Below, one piece after another: positions 12,943 to 25,278 of a DNA stretch of 64,000 nucleotides. Numbering within the stretch: the first letter of the stretch is position 1; every line of letters starts with the position of its first letter. The stretch is from Negaprion brevirostris (taxonomy: Eukaryota), in NCBI GenBank assembly GCA_030324005.1, contig JARDVH010000115.1, positions 33,389,478 through 33,453,477 of the forward strand. The letters run 5' to 3'. Below the pieces are notes generated by a model. It was not told the DNA's origin, made no database searches, and saw only the letters and a list, made by a program, of their open reading frames with translations. The position numbers and the translations under genes are program-made.

Positions 12943-12993
12943 GTACAAAAAATTTCCATTTATCTTCATCACAGCTTCTCTGTTGATGACATT

Positions 12994-14006
12994 GGGCACA
13001 GTCTTGAGCCCTCTTTCTCCGAGTGCGAGATTGTGGACGGGCCTCAACATCTGTCAACATCCAGAAACAGGAAATCTTGCTGGTGAGACCCAAGATCTAT
13101 GATTTTCTCTGTCCCTTGCCGGTGAGGTAATCAGGTGATTTCAATAAATTTAACTATGATTATACGCTTCCCTCACTAAACTTTTACATCGGCAAGTTTC
13201 TTGTCAGGTTTGGCCAGAAGTAAACATTGAGGGGATCCCTCTGGAGGGTGCAAAGGTGAGCAGAGATCCCAGAGTAGAGGGAGATGGCCAGGCAATGTCC
13301 ACGGCACTGCCATTCTGTGCCAGGGAGCAGTACCAGGGGTGGGCCCAAGGGGGAGCTCATCTACTTGTGGTGGTGGGAGGGAGGGGGGAGGGGTGAGTGG
13401 GCACTGAGGGAGGGGGAATGTGAATGCCAGTATTGTTGGGGGAGGGGCTATGGTGGTTGGATGACTGTTAGGGATGGGGAGAGAATGTCAGTGATAATGA
13501 TGTGGAGGGAGTCATGTCTCTGATGATTTTGGGAGGGGGGTGCGGATGATGGGGATGGGGATACCAGTGATGATCGTTGGGGAGGTTGGTGGGGGGGCGG
13601 GGGAGGAGGAGCTGGAGAGAGACCAGTAAACTTTGGGTGGGATTTTCCAGCTGCGCATGCCACAAGACCAGCAATTCCACCCAAGGTCAACAGACTTTTA
13701 TATGGTCCATCAAATTTTCCGACCTGCCCACTACAATTCTCACAGCGGGCGGGACTGGAAAATCTTGCCGTCTGTGTTCTGATCAGGGCACCCTTTCAAG
13801 ATGACGCCCCAATCTCAGTGTAACCTGTTCCCGGCTCTAAGAGTCCCGCCTCACCAGAGTGATGGCGTGAATCACAGCCAAGCTTCTATTCCCAGACAAT
13901 GAGTCTCAAAATCTGGAGAGAAAACTGCTCAGTGGAGCTGGAAAACTTTGCACCAATTTTCCCACCAAGAACTAACACTTTGCCAAATTCTGGTAAGATC
14001 ACCTCA
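12994..14006. mobile_element. GC-rich non-autonomous DNA-transposon-like element (probably Harbinger/PIF-type)
   Basis: Degenerate termini gggcacagtctt ... aagatcacctc; G-rich interior; related to 28765-29680. Confidence 0.45.
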
Positions 14007-14224
14007 TTGTGTCAAGTTTCAGAATCAATTTGAGAGGTAACAGAGGCACATTCTTCTCTGCAAACTTCACTTTTAAGTAATTAGCAGTCAGGATTAGGAC
14101 AAAAAAAAACACAGTCAGGGTTGAAATGAAGACACTTGCTGTCGGCTGTGCCATCAGATGTACTTATTGGAGAGTGAGTTGACCCAAGCTGTTATCACAC
14201 ACCAATGGCCAGAGTTTTTCATTA

Positions 14225-16075
14225 TTATTTCAAGGGATTCAAGTGTCCTAGGCCAACATTTGTTCCTTACCTCTAATCGCCCATGAGGTAGTCAGTGGTG
14301 GTCAATAGCATTTATGAACCACTGCAATGCATCTGTTGCTATAGGAAAGGAGTTCCAGGGTTTTGACCCCAGTGGTAGTCAAGGAACATCAGTATAGTTC
14401 CAGGTCGGGATGTTGTGTGGCATGGAGGGGAACTTGCAGGTGCTGATGTTCCTGATCAGTTGCTGCCCTTGCTCTTCTAGGTGGTGGAGGTCATGTGTTT
14501 GGAAAGTGCTGTCTAAGCAGCCTCGGTAAATTGCTGCAGTGCATCTTTTAAATGTTACACGGTGCTGCCAGCGTGTGCCGGGATGGGATGCCAACTAAGC
14601 AAGTTACTTTGCCCTGAATGGTGTACAAATTCTTGAGCGTCGCTGGAGCTACAGGCCAGTGGAGAGCATTCCATCACACTCTTGACTTCAGAATCCTACA
14701 GTGTAGAAGAGGCCCTTCGGCCCATCGAGTCTGCACTGACACATGNNNNNNNNNNNNNNNNNNNNNNNNNNNNNNNNNNNNNNNNNNNNNNNNNNNNNNN
14801 NNNNNNNNNNNNNNNNNNNNNNNNNNNNNNNNNNNNNNNNNNNNNNNNNNNNNNNNNNNNNNNNNNNNNNNNNNNNNNNNNNNNNNNNNNNNNNNNNNNN
14901 NNNNNNNNNNNNNNNNNNNNNNNNNNNNNNNNNNNNNNNNNNNNNNNNNNNNNNNNNNNNNNNNNNNNNNNNNNNNNNNNNNNNNNNNNNNNNNNNNNNN
15001 NNNNNNNNNNNNNNNNNNNNNNNNNNNNNNNNNNNNNNNNNNNNNNNNNNNNNNNNNNNNNNNNNNNNNNNNNNNNNNNNNNNNNNNNNNNNNNNNNNNN
15101 NNNNNNNNNNNNNNNNNNNNNNNNNNNNNNNNNNNNNNNNNNNNNNNNNNNNNNNNNNNNNNNNNNNNNNNNNNNNNNNNNNNNNNNNNNNNNNNNNNNN
15201 NNNNNNNNNNNNNNNNNNNNNNNNNNNNNNNNNNNNNNNNNNNNNNNNNNNNNNNNNNNNNNNNNNNNNNNNNNNNNNNNNNNNNNNNNNNNNNNNNNNN
15301 NNNNNNNNNNNNNNNNNNNNNNNNNNNNNNNNNNNNNNNNNNNNNNNTTTCTGATCAATAAGGGAATTAAGGGTTATGGGGAGCAGGCGGGTAAGTGGAA
15401 CTGAACCACTATCAGATCAGCCATCATCTTATTGAATGGCGGGGCAGGCTTGAGGGGCTAGGTGGCATACTCCTGCTCCTATTTCTTATGTTCTTATCTA
15501 ACCTGCTCTTTTAGCCACAATATTTATATGGCTGGTCTGGTTCAGTTTCTGGTCAATGCTAACCTCTAGGATGTTGATAGTAGTGGATTTAACAATGGTA
15601 ATGTAATTGAACGTCAAGAGGTGATAGTTAGATTCTCTCTCGCTGGAGATGATCATTACCTGGTACTTGTGTAGCACAAATGTTAACTGCCACTTATTAG
15701 TCCAAACCTGAATGTTGTTCAGATCTTACTACATGTAGATACTGACTGCTTCAGTATCTGAGGAGTTGTAAATGGCACCGAACACTCTATAAGTCATCAA
15801 CAAACAAGCCCTCTGACCTTAGGATGGAGCGTAGGTCATTGATGAAGCAGCTGGAGATGGTTAGGACTAGAGCGGTACCCTGAGGAACCCCTGCAATGTT
15901 GTCCTGAGGCTGAGAAGACTGACCTCCCACAACCACAGCCACCCTCCTTTTTACCAGGTGTGACTCCAACAAGTGAGTTTTCCCTGTTTCCCACTAACTT
16001 CAATTCTGCTAAGGGTCCTTTATTGCCAGTCAGACAATCGCTGCCTTGATGACAAGGGCAGGCGCTCTCAACTCA
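14225..16075 (-). mobile_element. CR1/L2-group LINE 3' portion interrupted by nested CR1-tail insertions and a gap
   Basis: GVPQGTALV..SCFINDL RT motif (ORF 15787..15972); host sequence breaks at about 14688 and resumes at about 15498. Confidence 0.8.
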
Positions 16076-18764
16076 TTTCTACTAATTGTCAATTATTATT
16101 GTTGTTCCTGCGTTATGGAATGACATCCCCTTTAACTTTATTATTACAGGTTGCACTGAGCCCTGCTGTGTTGCTGCAATGTTCCATGCACTGATTTTCC
16201 GAAACCTGCTCCAACAGCACATTCATTTATTGATTTTACAAAGCTGTTGGTTCTTTGAGTACCAAGCATTTAAATTCAGAAATGCAGCTAACAGAGGGTG
16301 AGCGAGAAACTGATCAGTTGTATTTCTGTATTTGAAAGTGCTGCAATAAGTGCACGGAGACAGTCATTCACTTGTCCCTCGGCCAGATAATTGTACGAAA
16401 CAAGAATCCTCGTAAAAAATAAGAAGAAGGGTAGTCAGTCAAGTCGACTGAATCAAATTTCACCATCATGTGCTTCGCCCTGCTAACTTCAATATTGCAA
16501 GATCACAAGGTTTTTCCATCAACAGAACCAGCAGCTCTGCTTTGCAAGTCACCCCTTTTTCTGTGGTTTATTCCATCTAAGCACCTTTTGAAGCTATATA
16601 CATAATGTACACCTTAAAAGACACAGACCTTTTGGTCTCTTCATTTTCTGGCAATAAAGGTCATTCTCTTATTTGACTGAGCAGAGCAACTCAGTCCTCA
16701 CCTGACGCCCACGCATATGCGCTTCCAGCAGGGATCGCTGGACAGTGAACAGTAGTGGCAATCTTCCTAATAGAAGCAACTGCGATCAATGCTGTAGCCC
16801 TCTGCTAGCTCGCAAGCCTGCAATGGGTCTGTACAGGCAAACACATTGGGGAAAGGGGGAGGTGAAGTAGTTTGTTGGGGGCGGGCGGCGGTGGCGGTGG
16901 GTAGTTGGTGCTCTGGAAGGATTCCTGACTCTATAGGTTTTACACGTTTCATGGAGGTACCATCAATAAAAGTAACTTCAATTAATCACAGGCTGCTGTT
17001 AAATAACTCAGCTGCAAAAATAAAGGAAGTCAGATGGTATCCGCAGAATGTCCACACCACATCCCCATTTGTGAATATTACGCTGAAACAATGAAAAAAG
17101 CCAAAGTCTGTTAAAATGGGTAGCACTAGAATATCACAAAGACAATGCGTGACAGCTGCTTAACACAATTTACAAGAGAAACCAAGGCAGTTATAAACAT
17201 TGAAGCCTTTGATAACCAGGAGCTCACATTTCCAAGATGCTACCATCCCCTGAACCAAATTCCATCATGCAGCTAAAAACAACTATACAACAACTGTGTA
17301 AACAGAGGCAACTATTTTACATTCCAGTGCCTAAGTTAAAAGATGACATTAAGGCAACGGGAGCATCTACTTTTTTTTCACTGAAGGAACATCATTCCTA
17401 GGTTAGCAACCCTTCAGTATGCAGTCTTGAATTGTAAATCATCACCTCGACACAATCTTCCAAACTTGTATGAAGAATCAAGCTGTACTTATTTAAATTT
17501 TCTCAACTTCAAACATCCCCAGTTCTTTATTTATGTTGTTCCTCTGCCCATGTTCTGCTTTTATTAATGGCATCATTTACAATCTATAAAACAATAGTCC
17601 ACATATAAAACACCATTTGGACTTTTAGAAGGATGAAAGAAATGTTCAGTTTCATTATCTGTACAATCACAATTCCTATTAATCATTTCCAATTTCTTTA
17701 GTCGATCTCAGAACATGGAAACAGAATATACCTGCAGCTGTGGTCTTGAGTCACACATTTCTAATGATGTAGTATTTAAAATCGTGCCTCATTATTGATA
17801 AAATTTACTACCAATTTTTTCATTTTGCAGCTGCACGGAATACTGCCGAACTGTTTACCTGGGTTGCAAAACAAAAGCTGATAATTTATTAATGACACCC
17901 TAAATTTATTAGCCAACATTTCTTACTCAAGTCCAGGAACAGATTCTCCATCTTAAGACACTAGTGTTTGAACTGCAACTGAAAGTGGTATTATTAAAGT
18001 TTACATTCTCATGTCACATGGATTTACGGAAATTGAGGACATGTTGGAAGGGTGATGGATCTCAACTATGCATACATACAATTAAACCTCCCATGATTAT
18101 TAAGTAATATTTCAATACTTTTAGTTTGGACTATATATTGATTTGTTGTTTTAACGAGAGTGCACAAAAAGACAAAGTGCAGGAAGACATTTGTCCAAAA
18201 TGAACCAAAGCATTTTTAAAAGATTTGTATAAAATATTATTGTGCAGCAAGCTCCTCACAGACCTATTGTTTGAAACAACTGTTCAAAACCTGAGAATTT
18301 TCAAAGCAAGCTGAGAGACTGATGACAAGATAGTGATTTAAGTGCGGTGAAATTTAAAAAAAAAATAATCACTTAAGGTTCCAGGGTTATTGAAGTGATA
18401 CTTCTGTGTTACAGACATGCAAATGAAACAAACCAATGCTTCACAGTGTGGTATTTTCAAAAGGAACCAAGTGTCTAGCAACAAAATCTTGTGGTTACAA
18501 GAGGAGGAAGCATGAAAGATGAGGAAATATTTTTAAACTAACAAGGTAACAAGCTGCCATTCACAAAAACAGTTCATGATAAACCAGTACTTCTATCAAA
18601 GTAAATCCTGACTTTTCCAGTTTGGAACTGTAACTTAGTTGATTTACCAATTAAATTAATTTAACACATTAAATACAAAAGAAATCTTTAAACTGTCTTA
18701 GGTGCCTTTGCTCAAAATTTACCCCAAAGCTTGCTAATGCTGTGCTAAAGGGAAGGATTTGCAA

Positions 18765-19095
18765 TTAGAGAGCATATTTCATAGCCAGTGGACATCCCAA
18801 AGCAAGCCAATGAGTTTGAAAGTTAGTAACTGTTGGAAAATGCACTTGCCAATTTAGCACATCAAAGTTCTGCCAACAGCCATGACATTATGACAGCTTT
18901 AAAAAGAATTGGNNNNNNNNNNTCAGAGATAAGTACTAGACAAAACATTGGGAATATTCCTCTTCAAATATTGTCATAGAATCTTTCATCTCCACCCAAG
19001 ACAGCAGACAGGCCTCGGTCTAATGTCTCTTCTGAAGAATAGCGTTCCTGACACTGCAGCATTCCTTAAGTGCTGTACTGAAATGAGTCTGAATA
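18765..19095 (-). mobile_element. Deu-domain SINE (SacSINE1/AmnSINE-like), degenerate
   Basis: Reverse of the ...gtcccaaagc..gccaatga..; agacaggcctcggt.taatgtctc motifs seen in plus-strand copies. Confidence 0.6.
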
Positions 19096-19398
19096 GGAAT
19101 CATTTCCATTAACTTCAGATCCCCAGGACAAAATGCCCATCCAGACAACAGCACAAATCAGCTCTGAACTGACACCTGCACTCAAACTGAGGATGGATCG
19201 TGCATCAGAATGCCCTGAGACTGGATTAAGGTACATTGTTGAGATTCAGCCGAAACACAGAGCAACAGGTTGTATCTTATCTCACCTGGCAACACTTAGT
19301 GCTAAAAATGGAAAGTAAATGTGATGAGCATTGCTGTGGTGATTGTTCGACAAACTGGTTGCAAGAGACCCAGAATCATTTATCCAAGATTCTAGCAT

Positions 19399-19633
19399 GC
19401 AAGGAGAGCACAATTGCAGAGACACCCCTGATACAGCACTCTCCCCTAATACACCACTCTGCAAGGACAGCACAATCGCAGAGAGACCCTTGATACAGCA
19501 CTCTCCCCAAATACACCACTCCGCAGGGGGAGCATAATCGCAGAGAGACCCCTGATACAGCACTCTCCCCTAATACACCACTCCGCAAAGAGAGCACAAT
19601 CACAGAGACCCCCCAGATACAGCACTCCACTAA
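19399..19633. repeat. 62-bp minisatellite, about 3.7 copies
   Basis: Unit starts at 19399, 19461, 19523 and 19585 (gcaaggagagcacaatcgcagagagacccctgatacagcactctcccctaatacaccactcc). Confidence 0.95.
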
Positions 19634-19994
19634 ATCCCAGATTGCCACTATATTTATACACTGTTTAATTGCCAATCTTGTCTACGTAAGTTTATTATTA
19701 AACCTCTCACCCAAAGCAGGGTTATCACCTCCTAGTTAGAGACTTTCCTATTCCTATTTTCCCAGAGATTGCACTTAATCTGCTCTGACTCAATGTCTGT
19801 CCTTCGATCAATAAACAACCAAGGCCTTACTGGAGAGACCTGCTGCAAGAGTCCTGATGATCTCAAATCCTTAGGGTGTTTGAGTTTCACTGGGTAGAAG
19901 CATTCAACTAACATGTGCTCTTATTCTAAAATTTACTGAATCTATTCATTTCCCCTAACAAGCATGTTTCAATCTCTAGCATCGATATCTCTTA

Positions 19995-20186
<192 letters not shown>

Positions 20187-20411
20187 CTAAATAAAATTAA
20201 GCAACAGCACATTCAGCATAAAGTGAAGTAGTGATCATCTTGTTTGCACTGGTAAGTACATTTCCATAAACCGAGGAAAATGTCCTGACACATCCTTCAT
20301 CAATTTTGTGATCTGAATTATCTTGACTGATTCAGTTTCTCTTTGTAAAAAACCTTGATGTTTCTTTTCACAAAGAAAACACATCATTCCAGCGTATTTT
20401 CAAATTAAACA

Positions 20412-20745
20412 CTTCTCGCTGCCTCAGGAAAGCAGCCAGCATAATCAAGGACCCCCACACACCCCAGGCATTCTCTCTTCCACATTCTTTCATTGGGAAT
20501 AAGATAAGAAGGTCTGAGATCATGTACCAACCAATTCAAGAACAGCTTCTTCTCTGCTGCTATCAAACTTTTGAATGGACATATTAAATTGATCTTTCTC
20601 GACACCCCAGCTATGACTGTAACACTATATTCCGCACTCTCTTCTTTCTTTCTCCCCCATGCACTTTATGGACGGTATGTTTTGTCTGAATAGCGCGCAA
20701 GAAACAATACTTTTCACTGTACCCCAATACATGTGACTCAAATCA
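20412..20745 (+). mobile_element. Rex1/Babar-like LINE 3' end
   Basis: HPRHSLF..TNQFKNSFFSAAIKLLNG C-terminal motif plus 3' UTR; related copies at 40731-41005, 50318-50566 and 51453-51566(-). Confidence 0.7.
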
Positions 20746-20789
20746 GAGTCAAAGATGGCAATGCACCCATGACATTGAGCCTTCCCTAC

Positions 20790-20915
20790 CTTAAGATCTC
20801 TGTACACTACATTTTTCTCAGAATGGAGATAATCCAAAGCAGAGACAATCTCTGCTCCATAGAAACGGGCACGGTCTTCAGAAAAAACACGTTCTCTTGA
20901 TAGGTGAAAGAATAA
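20790..20915 (-). CDS. AKT1: AKT1 coding exon 8 (catalytic loop): [42 protein letters not shown]
   Basis: ORF 20625..20969; tttcag| acceptor and |gtaggg donor; 126 nt. [12 protein letters not shown] is AKT1-diagnostic (AKT2/3 are one residue shorter here). Confidence 0.98.
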
Positions 20916-21344
20916 CTGAAATAAAAGCAAGCACGGGGAGTTATTTAAAATATTCACCATGGCGTTCACATTTCAATTACAAGTCATTTACATGCAGCTT
21001 GCCCAGTGAGCAACTCAAATTCAATGCCCATCTGTGCCATGTTAGCTCATTTCAGCCAGATGTTTGAGATATTACAACTTCAGCACCACTGGATTAAGCA
21101 GCAAGGGGAAAAAAAAATCTAGGATTCCCACTTCTGAACATCTTCCTGTCACTCCAGGTGGGAGCTTTGTTAAATGAGGACTTCTAGGCAGTGGTGCCAG
21201 CCCAATGGGCCTCTCAGAACAGAGGGGATTAACCTGTACCCAGCAAGGACTTAAATATCCTAAATACAGTAGCTAAGGAAAGCTAATTGGAACAGAGATA
21301 AAAGTTTCAGAGGCCATTGTTCAATTAACAAATTTCCTCCATAC

Positions 21345-21413
21345 CTCGCCTCCATTCGCGTAATCCATAACAAAACACAAACGATCATTTGTCTGAAAAG
21401 AATATTTCAGTGC
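21345..21413 (-). CDS. AKT1: AKT1 coding exon 7 (gatekeeper/hinge): [23 protein letters not shown]
   Basis: Manual translation; cttaaag| acceptor and |gtatgg donor; 69 nt. Confidence 0.97.
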
Positions 21414-21632
21414 CTTTAAGAGAAAAGTAATTTAATTAGCAACTTCATTTATTAGGACGAAGCAATTAATGTAAAAATACCATCATTAAGTAAGTAGGTG
21501 AGGATGCGGTTTTTCTTAGCTCCATAATCTCTCAGCAAATCAGATTGCAATGAAAACACATCACTGACTAGATAAGGTCCCTGTAGCAGTTAGGCATGGC
21601 TCACTGAATAAAATACATATCAAGCAATCCCT

Positions 21633-21970
21633 TCATAGAATCCCTACAATGCAGAAGCAGCCCTTCAGCCCATTGAGTCTGCACTGACCCTCCAACAGAG
21701 CATCCCACCCAGACCCGATTTCTGTAACCCCACTTTATACTCCACTAATCCCCCTAACCAATATATCTTGGGATACTAAAGGGCAATTTAGCATGGCCAA
21801 TCCACCTAGCCTACACATCTTTGGACTGTGGTAGGAAACCGGAGCACCTGGAGGAAACCCACGCAGACAATGGGGAGAACATGCAAACTCCACACAGTGA
21901 TCCGAGGCCCGAATTGAACCCGGGATCCTGGTGCTGTGAGACAGCAGTGCTAACCACTGTGCCACCGTGC
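21633..21970 (-). mobile_element. V-SINE (HE1-like), full length, tail type A (CR1-like)
   Basis: tRNA head, V-core and tail ..gcagactcaatgggctgaaggg..gtagggattctatga. Confidence 0.9.
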
Positions 21971-22063
21971 TCTGGTTTTAGTTTTGTTAGAAACAAGAGA
22001 CTGCCTAACCTTTGATACTAATTCTCAGTTGAATGGTTATGTAGCAAAAATATTAAAATAAGA

Positions 22064-22365
22064 GGGCAGCACGATGGCACTGCTGCCTCATAGTGCCAGA
22101 GACACAAGTTCAATTCCAGCCTCGGGTCACTGTCTGCATGGAGTTTGCACATTCTCCTTATGTCTGCGTGGTTTCCTCCGGGTGCTCCGGTTTCCTCCTA
22201 CACTCCAAAGATGTGTGGGTTAGGTTGATTGACCATGCTAAATTGACCCTGGTGTCAGGAGGAATTAGCAGGGTGGGGCTAAGGGGATAGGATCTGGGTG
22301 GGATTGTTGTTGGTGCAGACTCGATGGGCCAAATGGCTTCCTTCTGCACTGTTAGGATTCCATGA
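22064..22365 (+). mobile_element. V-SINE (HE1-like), tail type A
   Basis: Same family as 21633-21970, in inverted orientation. Confidence 0.9.
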
Positions 22366-22944
22366 AAATGTTTNNNNNNNNNNNNNNNNNNNNNNNNNNN
22401 NNNNNNNNNNNNNNNNNNNNNNNNNNNNNNNNNNNNNNNNNNNNNNNNNNNNNNNNNNNNNNNNNNNNNNNNNTGGGCCAAATGGCTTCCTTCTTCACTG
22501 CAGGGATTCTATGATCAAGGAGTTTTTTTTTTAAGTGAAAGGTCTTGGATGAAAATTCTATTTGCACATAGATCAGCCAGGAAGAAATCCTTGGTCTGTA
22601 CAAGACACAATTTATAAAGTAGTTCACAAATGAGGGATCTCAAAATATCTGTGACTGCAAATATTGTGCAAGATACTAGATGCAGCTTGTAAACATGTAT
22701 AATGATATATATGCAGGGGCACAATCATTACAAGAAAATTCCCTGAAAAAATAATTTTAAAAAATGTTGGTGGCAATGTACTCAACATATGATTTATAAT
22801 TGGAGTATCCATGATAATAAAAGGTGAATAGAATTTAATTACTTGATCTTTAGTTTAAGTATAATCATTGCACTAATTTGTTTTCAAATATACCCAGCAT
22901 CATGATTGCAGCCAAGCACTGCAACTGTTAAAAACGTTACAGCT

Positions 22945-23082
22945 CTGAGCTCTGACAAAGAGTCATCCAGACTCAAAACGTTGACTCTCTTCTCTCTCCA
23001 CAGATGCTGTCAGACCTGATGAGTTTCTCCAGCATTTTCTGATTTTGTTTCAGTTTCCTGCATCCGCACTACTTTGCCTTTA
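22945..23082 (+). mobile_element. Penelope-like element terminal repeat remnant (degenerate hammerhead)
   Basis: ctgacaa-a-gagtc-atcca-gactc-aaaacgtt: perfect stem II with core G>A changes. Confidence 0.65.
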
Positions 23083-23760
23083 TGTTAAAATGTATGTTAC
23101 GTGGCCTCTCTCAAAATACAAAATCAAGCGAGGTAGGATTCGGAAAAGGTGGTCCAAGAATCAACTTAGGCCTTGTAATGATAATGATGTTCAATTCTGA
23201 CAGAGTCATAGAGGTTTACACATGGAAACAGGCCCGTCGGCCCAACTTGTCCATGCCGCCCTTTTTCCTTTAGGCCTCTAAGCTAGTCCCAACTGCCTGC
23301 GTTTGGCCCATATCCCTGCCCCATGTGGTCACATTGGGCTATCGTGGCCAGATCAGATAAAAAGGTCAATTCCATTCTCCCAATCCAAAACTCTGTGAGA
23401 TCCACTACTTCAAATCTTAGCGCACTTCAGGTCCTTCCTGCATGGTGGGATCAAATGTCAGGAACTTGAAATTTCTTCCAGAACAAACGTGCAACAATTC
23501 TGCATCACCGTGTCAAGCAAGCTGCTTTCACCATCAGCAAGAACGGACAGTAAAAAAACACGAGATTGAATTCAGAATCCAAAAAGTGCACTTCAAAAGC
23601 CCATTTGAATGTTTTAAGGGTATCCTTAATATGAACGAGAGAGAGACTGTTTAAATTAGAAAGTGTAATTTTTCAAAACTTTTTATTAGTCACAAATTGG
23701 ATGCATGAGTGAACTGAGACAAAAGAATGGGTAATTGATATTGACTGAGTGAGTACCTAC

Positions 23761-23826
23761 AGTTAAGAATGGGTGCCTCGAATTTTGTAACACTCTGTTT
23801 TCCGTCACAGTGTGTGCTACTTCATC
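23761..23826 (-). CDS. AKT1: AKT1 coding exon 6 (alphaC helix): [22 protein letters not shown]
   Basis: ORF 23686..23883; atgcag| acceptor and |gtaggt donor; 66 nt. Confidence 0.97.
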
Positions 23827-24006
23827 CTGCATAAAAGATAAAAGAGTTACAGATTTAGAAAACCAATATTGAAATAATCGCACTGAATTTCAAATCAAAT
23901 AACAGATGTCGAATGAATAAATTGCTTCATATCGGTAAAATAAAGTTTTACTGAAAGCTTTTAGGTCATTCTGCAGCAGCAGATGCACAAACTTGTGAAG
24001 GGTTAC

Positions 24007-24138
24007 CTTTGCTACTATTACTTCCTTCTTAAGAATCTTCATGGCATAATACCGTCCCGAGGCTTTCTCTTTCACTAAAATCACCTTTCCAAACGTTCCT
24101 TTTCCAAGTAGTTTTAAGTATTCGAAATTATGCATAGT
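24007..24138 (-). CDS. AKT1: AKT1 coding exon 5 (Gly-rich loop, catalytic Lys): [44 protein letters not shown]
   Basis: ORF 23890..24201; ttacag| acceptor and |gtaacc donor; 132 nt. Confidence 0.98.
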
Positions 24139-24529
24139 CTGTAACACATCAAACAATAACCACAAACTGTCCAGCAGAAAACAAGCAGAGCCCCAATGCA
24201 CTCCTACAATGTCAGGGTATTAGTGCAGTTGCTGTAGGAAGGTTTATTTTACAAAGTCCTCATGACCACAAAGTCTTAATTGGAATGTGCCAGTGGATTT
24301 TTCAGGGAGATGCACTGAGCTGATTGACAGCAGTTTCAGAATTTAACTGTGAATCACCCAACACCTTTTGGATTTTGCTGCACCCTAACGTGCTGACACG
24401 TATTTTAGTCACTACTAATGTATTCTCAACAATGTTGCTCTTGACTTAATAGTTATGGGTCAGGTTCACAAGCAGGAACTCTGCTGTCCTTGGGTTACAT
24501 TACTCTGCCGAAAGAGCAACAGTGGCATA

Positions 24530-24680
24530 AAATCAGAAGGAGGCCATTCAGCCTATTGAGTCTGCACCGATGACAATCCCACCCAGCCCCTATCCCCGGT
24601 ACTCCACATATTTACCCTGACACTAAGTGGCAATTTATCATGACCAATCAACCTGACCCACATACCTTTGGACTGTGGGA
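24530..24680 (-). mobile_element. 5'-truncated V-SINE, tail A
   Basis: agaaggaggccattcagcc..tttggactgtgggagg. Confidence 0.75.
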
Positions 24681-25149
24681 GGGTTTTGTTCAAATCAATA
24701 TAATATTAAACATTTGGAAATTCTGTTCAAAGTTAAACTGAACTGTGTGGAAAAAGATGTCAAGATGGTGGGAGTGATTTTCAACTTCAGTCGTGGTGGA
24801 AAACTGGCAGTGGCCGATCAGCCATCCATTAAACCAGGGTTACCCAAACCTTTCTCACATAACCCTGCTGACCTCCCGAGAGTGCTGACAGAACCCCTAT
24901 GAAATATACGTATTATGTTGGAGAGTTGAACAGAGCTGCCTTTCATGAGTGCTGCGGTAAGACACAGAAACTATGCTACTCAAGGCTTGTTTGGGTGATT
25001 TGGTCTTATCTAATTTGAATCTATATGGTATTTCTGTTACATTTTTGCAATTTATTTTACTTTGCAAGTTTTTTCCACCCTGGGATGCACAGTGCTGCTT
25101 TTGTATAGTACAATATTTCAACTTGTTCATTAGTTGTTCCAGGCAAGAA

Positions 25150-25278
25150 ATACCCAAAGGAACCTAACTCTGGCTTTAACATTGATTCCTATGGGAACCC
25201 ATGATTCTTTTAAAGTCGTTTCACTTAAAGTCACAATCCCAGAAACAGAACTACAACGTTAAGTGAGGAGCCACTGTA
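25150..25278. mobile_element. Tigger/pogo-like DNA transposon end
   Basis: Terminus cgttaagtgaggagccactg|ta (TIR CAGTGGCTCCTCACTTAACG plus TA); other end not found. Confidence 0.45.

Noticed and set aside
19399-19633. Repeat array resembling CRISPR
   Set aside because: Contiguous 62-bp tandem units with no unique spacers, no cas genes, and located in a vertebrate intron.
19854-19870. Other CTGATGA motifs (19855, 45381, 59500) as hammerhead or snoRNA boxes
   Set aside because: No stem II plus GAAA and no convincing C/D box terminal stem.
21735-22290. Recurring 60-130 aa ORFs such as MAQWLALL..WVSSGCSGFLP
   Set aside because: Translations of V-SINE copies, not genes.
22474-22515. Extra SINE tail after a 100-N gap
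   Set aside because: Could be a haplotype/assembly duplicate of 22325-22365; cannot be resolved.
23755-23760. Alternative donor 4 nt into intron 6 (gtag|gtactc)
   Set aside because: Would frameshift; there is no evidence of use and such motifs are common.
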